Shown: positions 1-13,355 of the stretch, in pieces
Layout of the letters: every line of letters begins with the position of its first letter
How positions within the stretch are numbered: position 1 is the stretch's first letter
Source of the DNA: Halocafeteria seosinensis
Lineage: Eukaryota
Direction of reading: 5' to 3'
DNA length: 45,104 nucleotides
Assembly: GCA_001687465.1 (NCBI GenBank)
Contig: LVLI01000145.1
Location: 1 to 45,104 of the forward strand
Program-made: the position numbers and the translations under genes
The notes under the pieces: model-generated
Told to the model about the DNA's origin: nothing
Database searches by the model: none
Seen by the model: only the letters and a program-made list of their open reading frames with translations

Positions 1-213
1 TTGCTACGGCACCGTCTTTGAAGGAATGACACTATATCATCCCTACGTGCGTAGTGTAGCATCTTATAGACCCTTGGGGAGGACGCTGACTTGACTTCAC
101 AACACCTCCTCGACCCCTGTCGAACGCGTATTACTGGCCGCAAACAGGGAGATTGTAATAAAATTTGTCCACCGTCTGTCTCTGTTTCTTACTTCCTTCC
201 TATCCGCGTATGA

Positions 214-242
214 TTGTGTGTGTGTGTGTGTGTGTATGTGTG
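214..242. repeat. (TG)n microsatellite
   Basis: Run of tgtgtg... directly visible. It creates the spurious MCVCVC N-terminus of ORF 218..1087. Confidence 0.9.
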
Positions 243-268
243 CATGTAAACATCACTGTCAACAAACA

Positions 269-2430
269 ATGAGGAGCGTGGGAATCGGCGTTGTAATCGT
301 GCTACAGGTTTTCGGAAGTGTGGTGGCCAAGTATAATTACGTGGAGCATGCTATTCAACGGGCACAGAACGGCGATGTTGACGGGGCGTTGCGGATATTC
401 GATGACGGTCTTCGTGTGTTCCCCCATGACCAAGCCTTGCTGGCGAACGCGGCCATTGGGTACTGGCAAAAAGCAGACCATTCACGGGACGAAGAAGAGC
501 AACGAGAATGGTTCCAGCATGCTATGCATTTGTTAAAAAAGGCGCTCGTGTGGGATCCCACCAGCGAGCATTCTAGGAGCAACTTCGAAGGACTTCTCGA
601 GCGTATTCGAATGAAAGACCCTTCGTTGGTAGATGCTGATATAGAGGATTACTTGCTCCCGGAGTCTTTTTTGCAGCCGTACGAGTCCATGGATTCCTCT
701 GTGTATCAGACCAAAGAGGAAGACCGAGGACTTCCTGAGCCTCCCCCACTTCCCAAAGATATCTACCGGCGTTCCGAAATATTATTCGACTTTGGGTACC
801 GGGAGAAAGCAATCGACGAGCTTTGCCAAAAGGTGCGTCCGGATGCACAGAGATGGAAACATGATCACTGTAGTTGTGTCATTGCATTCTCCACCGCGAA
901 AATGCCTTTACAGGAACACGTTTTGATCAAATTGCCCCAGAAGGAAATCCAACAAGGCTTTCCCAGTGTTACAACCGTGATGAGAGCTTCAGCCGTTGTC
1001 AAGGTGCACATTTATGCTGGCTGCGCTTGTGTGACTAAGAATATTAATATGTGGAATGCTTTATACAGGTCTGTGGTTTTGTCCTAATTAAGGATGCTAT
1101 CCCGCCGGACCTTACAGAACGGATTCACCGAGAGCAAGATGAATGGTTTGATACAACATATGAGGAAGAAATTCGAGGGGATCCTGCGCTTGAAAACGCG
1201 AACACCTATGAGGCCACCCATTTTGCTATTCGGAGCAAGGGTAGATTTGAGTTTTCTAATCCTCTTAGAGAACCATTCACTAACAAGAGTATCATTAACA
1301 GTGATTTCACTCGTCCAATTATGGCAAGGTGAGCGGGACTTTCTGCTTCCCACCTGCCACATTTTTGGCTGTTGGTAACTTGCATTTTCATTACAGAGTG
1401 ATGGGCGAAAATCGATTGGAAATTGATACTTTTTCAACCGTCACCTCCCTTCCGCAAACTCCAGTACAGCATTGGCATAGGGATGATGGGTATCTTTTTA
1501 CAGATATGACTCAGTCCACTCCGCTTTCACGAACAATCGAACGCGACAGGTTAATAAACTTTTTAACAGACGGTGGAAAGAGGAAACTCGAATATGACCG
1601 TAAGTTTGGAGCGCAAGAACGAATACGCTTCGCACAGGCGATGTTATTCTGATAATGAGCATGCAGAAATTGAAGAAAGATTATCGAAGCTTACTCGGAG
1701 TCAAAAAAAACGAGCACTTACACACTCTCGATGGGGATTCTACAGCACGGCAATGCATTTACCTTCCCATGGCGTGGTGCAGTTTATTCCTTTGCGGGAT
1801 GTAGATTTCTCCATGGGACCCACGCAATTCGTTCCAGGGACGCACATTCACTGTACTTCGGAATGGGAGAAAGAAGAATCGTTGCCATCCACTTTTGACA
1901 ACTTTATTGCTAATTTTTGCCCAGAAGCATCACTACGGATCCTCGACACTGATGCTTCAGCAGGAACCTCTTTACTGTTTGATTTTCGCACCTTGCACCG
2001 GGGAGGAAAAAATGCCCATCCTAGTGCACGACGCCCACTAATGTATATGACATTTTTCCAGGTACGGTGTTCCAACGCCAGAGTACTTAGGCTGTTAAAT
2101 GTTATAAACCGCATCACGTACATCTTCTTTTCAGGAATGGTATTATGACAAAGTGAATTTCCATCAGAAACAGACTAAGGATTTTGATAGATTGGCACCG
2201 AATGAGCGTAAGCTACTGAATCGTTTAGACACGAAGCGATACATCCGCCGACTAGAGGAACGCCTTGAGTCTCTGTAAGGACGCTTCGATTTGCCTTTTA
2301 TATGGTAGTGTAGGCACTATTCTTATCCATATATACTTGCAGATTTGTGGATGTAGGAGAGGAGATTGAGTCAAACTATAACTTTGACGTCCATGGATAT
2401 GATGAAAAATCCCAAATAGAAGAACCATAG
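269..2430 (+). CDS. Signal-peptide TPR-repeat + PhyH-family Fe(II)/2-oxoglutarate dioxygenase (7 exons)
   Basis: ATG 269, hydrophobic N-terminus MRSVGIGVVIVLQVFGSVVA, then TPR-like helices. GT-AG introns at 833-913, 1004-1068, 1329-1396, 1600-1666, 2062-2134 and 2275-2342 keep one frame to TAG at 2430. PhyH motifs: GFVLIKDAI, QHWHRD (HxD), GPTQFVPGTH, AGTSLLFDFRTLHRG, RPLMY. Confidence 0.8.
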
Positions 2431-2526
2431 GGTGCGAAGAATAATGTTAATAAAATTTCTTGTCTGTCTCTGCTTTGCTAATGTTGGCTCACGTTGGTGT
2501 TAGCCTAACTCCCATCCCGAAAGTAT

Positions 2527-2675
2527 TTTGAGCTTTCCGCCCCTCTTCAAGTGGATCTGGGAACGGGAAGCCGCTTCCTCTTGTAACATGTTCGGCTTGG
2601 GACGGCAGCGCCTGTCGACTTGCCTTCACGGAGCACTTTGTTCGCAGCAACTTGCACTAGCGGGAGTAAGCTTCT
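2527..2675 (-). pseudogene. Decayed partial duplicate of the 3' end of the neighbouring kelch gene (3075-3249)
   Basis: 2611-2654 matches 3173-3216 at 38/44 nt. The flanking segments are colinear but carry indels and a frameshift. Confidence 0.75.
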
Positions 2676-3021
2676 GGCCGGCATAGTACCCCATTGTGGG
2701 GATTCTCAATGTGGATAGCCGAAAGAAACTACATTGTAGTGGGAAAAGGAAGCACGTTCACTGGTCATACGATGGCGCTTGGGAATACACCCGTTAGTGT
2801 TTACTGTTCAACCACGAGATCCCAGCTAACGACTTTGTTGGCGGTGGTCGCTGTTAATGCAGTAAGAGACACGAGCTAGTTGTAGCTGTCAAAGCTCCTG
2901 CTGGTTGTTTAACGGGAGAAACAGGAGTGATAAGAGCCGTAGGGCATAAACTATAGTGTTACGTTATTAAAGTTCTTTGTCTACCGCTACCAACTGGTAC
3001 CGCTACCACGTTGGATTTGGT

Positions 3022-6000
3022 TCATGTTTGGCGTTTGCCCAGTTCTCGTAGGATGTAGTCCACTCCAAAATCAATTTGAGCTTTACGAGTCTGCATGTCT
3101 CTCTTCAGTTGATCTGGGAGCGGGAGGCCACTTCCTCCTGTAGCGTGCTTGGATTGGTACTGCGGTCCCAATCCTGCCGATTTACCTTCGCGGAGAACTT
3201 TGTTTGCAGCAACTTGAGCTTGCGCTGCCGCCACAGGGGGTAAGCTTCTAGTTCCAGTAGTAGTTCGCGTTTGCCGTTTTCTCCCTCGAGAAATATCCGC
3301 TCGGGAAATACCGGCACCTCTGTGTGTGTCATCCACAGAGATAATTCCGTGATGCAGTAATTCCGCCGCAGTTTTCTCATCCAAATACGATTTCGAGCTC
3401 CTGGCTGAAGGCTGAACGCTAACCTCCTCCGCTTGTTCAGCATCACCAGAAGCGGAAACGTTGTGTCTTCCAGCAGAGATACTGCTCGATTGAACGAGCC
3501 TTCTTCCAACTGTCCCAGGGACGTGACCCTCATCAAGGCGGGCGAAGCACCCGAAGGTGTTCGTTTGGGATGTACCCCCATCAACAGGGACGGAGGATGA
3601 CGACATCGCTTTCTTCGATACCGCCAACGCGGGAGGTTCGAGTACTTGTGCAACTAGTTGCCGTAGCTGTACTTCAGGTAAAGTCCTTAGCTCGTCATAC
3701 ACAGAGTAATCGTTCTTCCCTGTAGCATGTTTAAGCACGCTTTGCTTAGACTTTGAGGTGCTGGTCTTGCTCTGGTTTTGGTGGACGATTTCTGAAGCAT
3801 AGGAAGCACCTGTAACAAGGGCAGCAAGATACTCGTTTGGAACAACATCAGGGAACGGGTCTTCTCCATGGTTACTATCCACACTCCCCGGAGTTCGCCG
3901 TATTGAAGATTCCTCGTCACTCGATACTTCTAGTTGTTCCGATGAAGCCTCCTGTTGCTCTGGCATTGAAACAGCACTGTCCTCTGCGCTTGCGCCTTTA
4001 AACCCATAGCCCTGACTTATTATGGAGGCGGCGCTCTGCTTTAGAGAGTTCGATAGATCAACACTCTCGTGCTTCTCTCTGGATGCCTCAAGAAGTCTTT
4101 TCGCAAGTTGCCTTCCCTGATATTGCTCTGATTTGGTTAGTCTGGTGGTACGTTCCCTCTGCTGCCTCAAAGTGGGAGAATATGTCTTGTATTCTGCAGT
4201 ACTCGCGGTATCCTGCTTAGCATTTCGAACAATTTTGCTTCCCGGTAATACCAAAAATTCTGGAGGGAACCTTATGGGCGTTTCTTCTTTGCAGCTTTCT
4301 ACTGGCTCTTGTCTCTGATGGGCGGCAAGAGGTAAATGTTGTCGCAAATATCCAAGTTTGTCGGATCCGGTAGATCTGCTAACCATTTTGCTTGTCTCGG
4401 AGCCTCCTACATATTTCCGCTCTTGCTTTTTCTTCTCCGATGGTGATTCCACAGCTTCTCTTTGCGGGAGTTGCATGATATGTGGGCCTGCAAGCCTTCC
4501 GGACATTGGATCGCACATGGACAGATCAGACTTCCTAATAAATAAACTGTCTGTTTCATCCCTGATTGACGAGAATTTCGGTGTCCCCTCATCATCACTA
4601 TTTTCCTGCAAAGCTTCCTCCACCAAGACGGAGGACTTAAAGAGCGTTGATTCCAACGAATTTTCATTATCCACAGTCTCGGTAACCGCCGGTAATTGAG
4701 GAACATTTTGTCCACCCTCACCCGAAGGTTTTTGCGATCCATCTTCGGAAGCCGTCGCCGACGAACGGACGGACTGCCTGCGGGACATTGACCCTTTACT
4801 GGACCTGCGAGAAGACTTCACACTCTCGGTCTCCTTGCTTCCGGTTTCTTTTCTCTCAGTAAGGAACTCTTCTGATACGCCTTGATGCTTTGCTACACTC
4901 CGTTCGTTCTCGAGTGGAGGAAAGCATATGTGAAATACATCCGTTACCTGAGCGAGTCCCATAGAAGGAGTCAAGCTAAAGACTAGATCCCTCGCATTTG
5001 CGAGAGCTTGCCTGTCGCGCCATTTGTACAGAAAATCCGGATCATTGTTATTGATAGGTTCGTCTTGAAGAGCATTGCCTTCTCCCAAGAGTAACTCTTG
5101 GAATTCTTCCTGCGTAAATTGCCTCCAGGGATTGGGGCGATACGACAATGCTGATTCCGATTTCCCAGAGGGATGACTCGTCAGGGATTGCTCTTGCATC
5201 CTCTGCTGAAGCATTTCAACATAGTGCTTGTAAAGCATAGCAACGTTACTCATCAGCGGATTAGAATAGTTCATGGATGGAGACTGTTTGGATTCGCCTG
5301 ATGACACCTTCGCGCTAATAGAGCTTAGCCTTTTCGCGTTTTTCTTAATCAATGTACTTGGTTCTTCTACGTATATACCTCCCATGACCACAATCCTCTT
5401 AAAGTCGTATTCATTTCGAATGTCCTGCTTGTCTTGGAGTGTTGCCTTCTCGATGACCAGCGTACCGTCCTCTCTTCGTTTTAGTCGATGTGCTCTGCTG
5501 CCTTTAGCGGAATACATGCTTCCCCATCCAGTGGGTGGAGCGGGAACGGATCCATCTTCATTTTTGGTAGACGGTTCAGGTTGAGACTGAGGATCATTAC
5601 GTCTCCGTGAACAGAAATCGCGCAAGTCTTGCAGACGGGATTGTGGGTCATCGTCCGGATCTATTAGTTCCGCATGGGGACCCGGAAAGCCATCCATTGC
5701 GCTACGTAGCATTCGGGTTTCCTGCTGCGTCAGTCCAACGCTGTGCATGATAAAGTAGTAACGGGGCCAAGGCAGGTATTCTGACTCTTCACACGCTACA
5801 CGATGGGTTTGAGGGTGATCAAGAAAGTGCTGTATGTCCTGTTTTCGTGAACTGTACTCGGCAGGATCTGAGCTAACGCTCACTGGAGACATATCCTCGG
5901 GGGTTGCCGGTACCCAGTTCCAATGGTATTGCTCTGCACGAACCGACATAAGCTTTCATGCAAGCACGCACGACGCAACATGGTGGCGACCTACCTGTGT

Positions 6001-7775
6001 CAAATGCCCAAAGCGTCATAGACGGGGACGAATGGCGCGTTCTTCCGCCGCACAGGAGAAACCTGGATGGATTCCAAGGATCCTGCTCTAGCCTATGTCC
6101 ATACGACGCGTCCGGTAACGGATACTCTTCGCGTTTCCCACCTTTCTGCTTGCTCCTTGACTGCTGGCGAGAAGACCTTGCTCCGTAAAAGGAAAATGAC
6201 CTCGACGACCCTCCTTCCTTTTGCCCTCTAGGTGTAGCACTTCCTTCTGCCTTTGGAGTAGACGCCGGAAACTGAAAGCTCCTACGTGACCTCGCACTTG
6301 AAGGAGGTGTTTCTTCCTGGGCCTGCTTCGGTTCTCGAGGAGCCTTAGCCAGCTGCTTCGCTGCGTCAATCCGATTGTACCAAATCTTCCATTTCTTCGT
6401 GTTCAAATCTAGACTCCAGAGATCACCAAAGGCACCCTGCTTGCCATAGCCCCCATATACCCACAGGTCGCTATTTCCCATTACAATGGAGGCGTGGGAG
6501 CCTCGACCTGCAGGAGCGATTGAGCCTTCCATATCAACTTTTCTCCATCGACTATCAATTATATCAAATATGTATACATCATTGAGTGGAGTATCTTCTC
6601 GTTTTCCAAACTCCAGACGAGTAAAGCCCCCAAACATCACCAAACAAGGGCGGTTATTATTCATCCAAAAGGCAAGTGTATGGCATCTTCGCATATCCGG
6701 AACGATTGCACTTTCACCACGCACCTCTTCATGGCTCTCAAACAAATCAGGACGTTCATCTGCCAAAGAGCCTCGCCTTTTGTTCGAATCTGCCGGACTC
6801 TCGCCTCCGTCAGTTTTTGCTTGAGAGGAGCTAGTCTGATCTTTTGATTTTTTCACGGAACCCTCACCGACATCAACCCTATACCAAGTGAGCGTAAGTG
6901 TATCTAAGTAAAACATGTCCCTGTGCAATTCCGGCAGATTGCGCCCTGAGTTCAACTGGTCTTCAACGCTACTGCTTCTTCTTCCTCGGGGGGAGGATGT
7001 GGAGCCACGGTTTGTCGCGGACCCGTTTGCTCCGATACGAGTAATTGTTGCTCCTTCACCTGTAAATCAGAAACTTTAAGCCCACTAATAGAACAGGCTC
7101 TCACACAGAAGGATTACTAAAAACATTACCTCCGTGAATATAGATCCGATTACCCACAGCTACTGCAGCATGATGAGAGCGTGGTCTTGGGCGGTCCCCC
7201 TTGGTTTGTACTACTGACCATGTCCCGTCGTTAATATCGTACACTGCAACATCATTGATACGATACTCTGAGCGAAATGTTCCATGTTCGCTTTCGTCAT
7301 CGGCCGCATCGCTTTCGGTATCTCCTGGGTGATGACTTGGTCGCGCTCCAACGCTCACCCCTCCAATGATATAGATTTTGTCCTGGCAACAAGACTCACC
7401 GAAACAAGCATCATAACAATCAAAAGCGATATTAAAGCTTTCAAACCAACTACACATACTCCAACTCTGGCTGAGGTGTAGCCATCTCTCATCCGAGGAG
7501 GAGGCTGGTGTGTTTCTACCGGAACTTTTCTGTCAATTTCCAATGCAACCGATACACAAACAACAATCATCGTTCACGGAATACACATGTCGTTGTTGGC
7601 CCAAGCAAACGGAACGTACCTCCAAATGGGATGGACCTCCGAGCTGTAAGTCTCATCTCCTTTGACATATCGTCTTTGTCGACGGGGTTGCGACATCCTC
7701 CTGGGACCCTCCAAACGTCTCTGCCAATTCCTCGCGACGTTGAGGCCTTTTTCGAAGACGTCAATGAGTTCCCAC
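3022..7775 (-). CDS. Kelch-repeat (beta-propeller) protein with long low-complexity C-terminus; first exon not resolved
   Basis: Kelch blades: KIYIIGG...W, PRPRSHHAAVAVGNRIYIHGG, LVMFGG...NDVYIFD...W, GRGSHAS...LWVYGG...DLWSLD...W, FLLCGG. In-frame introns at 7060-7129 and 5934-5994 (plus two further upstream) join ORFs 7101..7457, 5873..6955 and 3022..5949. Confidence 0.75.
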
Positions 7776-8260
7776 TGTAAAATAGCCCCTCTTTCCCTAA
7801 ATCACTGCACTGGGTCCACAGTTCACTTCTGAATGGCTCGATCCTGTCAGTTGCGACGAAAAACGCGCGCTGCGAACCGCCGCCACCAATAAACACTGCT
7901 TTCAAAAACCACCCGAGCAAAGTTTCAAACGATTAGGAGCTCTCATTTCGTGCCCAACCACAATCCAACGGGATCTGTCATATTTCGTCGAGATACAGAC
8001 AGCCCTTGCACGTGCACGAGTGCTTCACAAACCCGTCAGTTCGCGCGCTGGAAGTCGCAACTTGTCCCACAAACACAGTCGTCTCTAGTCGAATGCGAAT
8101 TGTTAACAATACATATGCCCACACAGTGGAAGAAAAGAACGAATACGGGAGATCCGACAATTATGACGAACCATGTGCTCTGGTAGAGCGCAATGTCGGA
8201 AGTCGTTGAAGTAACGTGGTAGAGGACGTGCAAACCATACTTTAGCACATTGGTATAGTG

Positions 8261-11200
8261 ATGTCGTCGTCTTCTAGTGGTGGTGCTGATCGTGCAACGA
8301 CAGCCAAGACTACGTCATTTGCGGATGATGTGCTCATGCGAGAACGGTCACAAGACATGGTCTCAAGTGCTGCGTCCACACGTAAGACGCCGGTGCCGAG
8401 TAGTTCCTCAGCCTCAGGGGCTCGAGCCACTTTCGCGGATGACCATGATAATCTTGAAAAATCGTCTTCGGAGAAGTTGCCGAGCGCTAGCAAATCGTCC
8501 CTGGCATGGAAGCTGTATCGCAACAAAAAAGCTGGAGTTCCGGTGGATAAAGCTGCATCGAATGATGCTCGGACGTTATCGTTACCGGAAGAAGACTTTC
8601 CAGTGCCGAAGAATGTGATGGCCCGTTTGAAGAAGAACTCCACCCACAAACATTATTCCCGAACGGAAAGCAGGCCGTGGTATCGTCTCCGATCGATGAC
8701 GAGTGCCCCCATGGCGTCGAAATCCCTGGACCTTCCCCTCAAGTGGTATGGAGAAATCAAAAAGGAGATACACTTGGATTTCTCCGGTGGGAAGGAAGAA
8801 TCAAAACTATCGCTCACAAAAGAATTTTCTAGCGTTTGGCATGATTCGTCTGTAACCGAAAAGCAGCGTCGAAAAGTGAACGAGCTGTTTGACAATTCAG
8901 TTCGGAAAAAATCGGCCGAATACATTGATTCAGCTTTTACTTCGGACACTTACGAATTTCAGCGAAGGATTGTTCCTTCTAAAGAGCTCGTGTCCGATAC
9001 ATTGCAGCGACGGAAATCTGAGCAGGGAATTGCTCAGGAGCGAACCAGTGCGCGAGGAAATATAAATACCTGGACTCTAAAATCGGATTTTACTCGCAGA
9101 CAACAGAGTGCAACTACTCAGTCTTCTTCAGGAACCTCTCGCCCCGAAACTACGTCAACACCTGGACGATCAAGCGATCGTGCAACGATTGAGCGTAATA
9201 ACGAACATAGGCTGCGAGATCCTAACGTGAACCCTTTCGCGTGGTCCCATGCTCGGTCTGTAATAGACTTGTGGGACATATGCCTACATGACGAAAATTA
9301 TCGTCAAATAGGCATCCGGTCCTCAACTGACGAAGGCAGTGCTCCCGCAGGCTCAGGAGCAAGTAGTAGTGGTGGCGGAAGTACGGTGATGCACAGCAGC
9401 ACTGCTCAGCTCAATGATTTTCCAAAAGCATCACTGAATGTGAGAGTCAACGAAGTACCCAACGTTACTTCTAGTTCCACCGACGGTCAACCCCAAATTG
9501 AAGTGCGTTCCGAAGAGGTTCAATCAAAGGTACTTTCGCTAGTGGCGGATCACCGTTTCAAGCTGGCTATGGTAGCGGTCGACTTTGACGATGAAAGCGG
9601 CACCGGCCACAATATTGCGCGTGCGTTGGGTGCTGATGAAGAACTGTTTCAAGGAGCAGTTGCGGCGAAAACATCTGTCCAGGCTGATAATCAGCAAACA
9701 AGCGATGGCAAAAAGAAACCAAAGCAATCTGGAAGCAAGAGGAAGCCGGTTAGCCGAAGCGGTGTGAAAATAAAAAATAAGCCCAAAACTCCGGATTACC
9801 AGAAGTATAGCTCCGGAGATGAGAAAAGTACTTCGAGGATGCTTCATCGAACTGACATACTGAAGGCGATGAGAAAACAGCAAGACCAATTAGAAAGCCG
9901 GAAAAAGCTAGCGGAAGATATAGAGCAGAAGGCAACCGACTACTGGAAGCGATATCTAGAGCGGTTTCAACGTAAAGACAAACGGCTGCCTTCCGAGGTA
10001 GACAGTTTCTTTTCCGAACTCCTGGGAAAGTCGTGGACTAGTGCCAGCGATGCCAACCTAAAACGCAAAAATTTGCTATCACAGGAAGAAATGAAATTTG
10101 TGAAATGTTTGACCTACTCCCGAGACAATGAAAGCCTTAGTAAAATGGTCCATGAAGCAGAAACGCTGCTGGAGAGATATTATGAATACGGAGAATCTAT
10201 TCACCCTATTGCCAATACCAAGCATGAATGGTACACAGCGAGATCGGCTCTCATGAATCTCAAGATCGATTTCCAATTCATATCTGCCAAGGTTTACCTG
10301 TCGGAGTTCGAGTCTCCCTTAAATACCAAAGTAAGCAGTGTAACAATCTTTGCTTTAATTACGCCCCAGTCTTACTCTTTAGGATGAGTGCTCCGCAGTA
10401 CCGACTAAGTCGAATTTTACAGGCAAAGTACAGTCTTTTGGATCATCCTTTGAGAATATTTTCGATGCTAGTTCTTCATCGTGTAAGGAACTTCTAGGTT
10501 GGAATTCCGTACATGTACCTATTGTTACACATTTCCCTTTCCGCCCAGGTTCTTGAGAAACGGATATATGCAGTAGTCAAGAGACTGAGGGAAAAAATGG
10601 ACCAATGGCAGAAATCCAGAGTCCTTTCAGAAGGGAGTCTACATTCTCAAGTAGCATCGAAGATACGCACAGCAATTTATGATACCATTTCTTCTACGAA
10701 ACTAGATTCTGTTTACCAGGCTATTATCGCTAGAGCAGTCTCAGTGAGCAGGGCGCTCTACCGTGGAGATAGTATGAGCAGTGCCTTAGCATTTAACAGA
10801 GAGAGTGCCGAGGACGTCGTCGAGGAAACTCCTCCCGAGCCCACCTCTGAAGAAAAGTCCAGCAATCAATTAGGGATCTTGCACGTCTGGGCATACGCCA
10901 ACATTGACGAAGAGTTGGATATTATTGAAGAACTAGACAAGGGGTCTTCCTTCGAAACTTTCACTGCCTGGCAGATACAGGCGAGCACACAAGCCAACAA
11001 AAAGACAACACCTAAGGAGGACTCTTTCTCGGATGTGGAAGCTCGAACTGTTCAGCAGCTAGGAAGGCAAAACGAACCGAAACCTAAGCGTGCTAAGAGA
11101 ACCAGCAAGTTTGACAACAAACCTTGGCGAGAGCAGCCAACATACACGAAAAAAATGGGTGCCGCGTCATCCACTGTATTGCGGAGCACTAGGTCCGCGT

Positions 11201-13215
11201 GTACGGTATCGAAAGCTACACAGCTAGATGACGAAGCCAGCCGGTTTTTGAAGAATTTAACCCTGTCAAAGCATCTGCTTCATACGAAAGACGAAGAAAC
11301 TGTTAAAACTGCAACAGATATAGCCGCCGCCTGGTATTACTCTTTGCGCCCTCAAGCCTCCCGTAAATTGCCAGGATCCAATAAATCAAAGAGCGAAAAA
11401 ACAGTTTTCGAAACGAGAAAGAGGAGCGGGCTTCTATCTAGCACCGATAGCTCCCGTGGATTTTACTCAACGACAGTCACTCAAAGTGACGAAGCAATGC
11501 GAGACTTTATACCCCGCCAGCATTGGTCTGTAGAAAGTCCATACGTAGGGGCGCCGAGCACTGTAAAAGGTAAGCAACAGTCGAAGCAGGGAGCAAGTAG
11601 AACACCGGAAGCCTCCACAGAACAAACTCGCGCAACACCGGAAAAACCTTCGGAGAGCTTAGATCAGTCTCTGGACAGGTTTAATAGAACTCTTGAAAGA
11701 GCATCCTCGGGACTCAATGCCACACTTCCGTCGGTTCATGAAGTGCAACGACAATGGTCTGCAGGCAGCGGTGGTACATCGGCGTCATCTTCGAAGTGGA
11801 CAAACAGGCGCTCAGCAGAGCACGCATTTACACAGGCATTACAAGAAGCCAAGCGTGAAGCTCCAGAGGCATCAGAAAAAAGTGATGATCTTGGTTACTA
11901 TCAAACGTCCACGATAGAGCATAGTGGCCGGGAAGAATCAGAGAAAGAACTCCCCGCTAACGTTGGACTTCATGAACCGCTATCCCATAGAAGCACTTCA
12001 TTTCCCTCATTTGAAAGTGTAGAGAACATTGACGAACCTGTTGAGATACAATCCTCAGTAGGTCGTCGAAATCGCTCACGAGATCGACACGGAGCGACTC
12101 CTGGTGACAACCAAGGGAGCGTACGGGAAGATATGGGAGAATCCCGGACTGAGGTCAGTCAGCAACTCGCAGATGTCGTCTCGAAACTTACCATCCCCCC
12201 AAGGGTTTTCAACAAGCTGCTCAATTTGATAAAAGACGATATGGGAATGGAGCAGAGCGTTGAGCTGTCAGAAGAAGCTGCGGACCTTAAGCAAGAATCA
12301 ACTTCTTCTTCGTTGAAGAGTCTTCTTACCGTTCGTGACTGGAAGGAACTGCTTTGGTCGGTAGAGGCCTGCGGTGCGACCATAAATGCTCTTGACATGG
12401 CACTGGAGGAAACGGGAAAGATGATTGAAAATAGTCAGGAGTTCTCGGCTAATCGAAACCCGGCGGAGTTCATTAATCTTCGTTCCAAAGAAATCCCCTC
12501 CGATCTGCTACCTCAAAGATTCCTTCAAGACCTGCGAGATCGAGGACTAATGTACAAGGAGCCGCCTCAGACCCTGTTGCCTCCGAAATCCGAGGTGATG
12601 AATGTATTGCAACTTCCCAAACGAGAGGAAGATGTAGACGAGTTGTTGGATACCCTTTCCAAGGGTATTAGCTCCAAAGCGAGCGAGGATGTGCTGGCGC
12701 AAACCAAACAGTCGCCTTTGGAGGCTAAAATTGACCAAATGTTTCACAACGCTGCGGATGCTTTGCAACGATTACGAAATCAGCGAGAGAACTTGGGCGG
12801 CCGTTGCCGGGACGTTCGATTGCAACGTCAGTGGTTTGAAATTGAATTCTTTCTGCGAGAAGTGGCTAAAGTACTAGTTAATTACGCGCATTCAAAGTAT
12901 GAAGGAATAGTGGACATAGTCGGAGAGGAGAATGCCAAAGAAATCTACCATAAAGATATGGAACTATCATGTAAAGATGTGATAGATCATTTGAACAGTC
13001 TATTGGAAATGCGAGAGACGAAGTATCAAGTGTTCCTGCGGGCGACAGCTCCAACGTCATACCATCGAATGAAGCATGGTGGGGAAGGTCAGGAAGAAGG
13101 CATCGCGGATACGGCACCGCAGGATGCCACCATGGCAGCGGACGGGAGCCCCAGCAATACCACAACTGTAGGTTACAACCAGAGTGAAGATGAGCCCCCT
13201 CGAGAGGAAGTGTGA
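8261..13215 (+). CDS. Large hypothetical protein (S/K/E-rich, partly coiled coil), 3 exons
   Basis: ORFs of 709 and 900 aa linked by probable introns at about 10331-10383 (GTAAGC..TTTAG) and 10483-10548 (GTAAGG..CCCAG). No domain recognised. Confidence 0.7.
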
Positions 13216-13262
13216 GGATAAGTGCTACGTTCTTCTCGGTCCATTTAAACGGGCAACTTCCA

Positions 13263-13282
13263 CTCTCTCTCTCTCTCTCTCT
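13263..13282. repeat. (CT)n microsatellite in convergent intergenic gap
   Basis: ctctctct... visible in the sequence. Confidence 0.85.
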
Positions 13283-13355
13283 GACGTACCCTACGCACCG
13301 GAAAAGGCTCCACGTAGGGATAAGCCACACATATCCAAATGAAGTCAAACATCGG

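Noticed and set aside
1573..1666. Apparent frameshift or readthrough between ORFs 1329..1652 and 1573..2148
   Set aside because: Explained by a canonical intron 1600-1666 (GTAAGT...CTGAT...GCAG).
2982..3008. TACCGCTACCA direct repeat, two copies
   Set aside because: Short local duplication in a 3'UTR; not an array or CRISPR.
5873..5994. Overlapping ORFs suggesting two genes or programmed frameshifting
   Set aside because: A 61-nt GT-AG intron at 5934-5994 joins them in frame.
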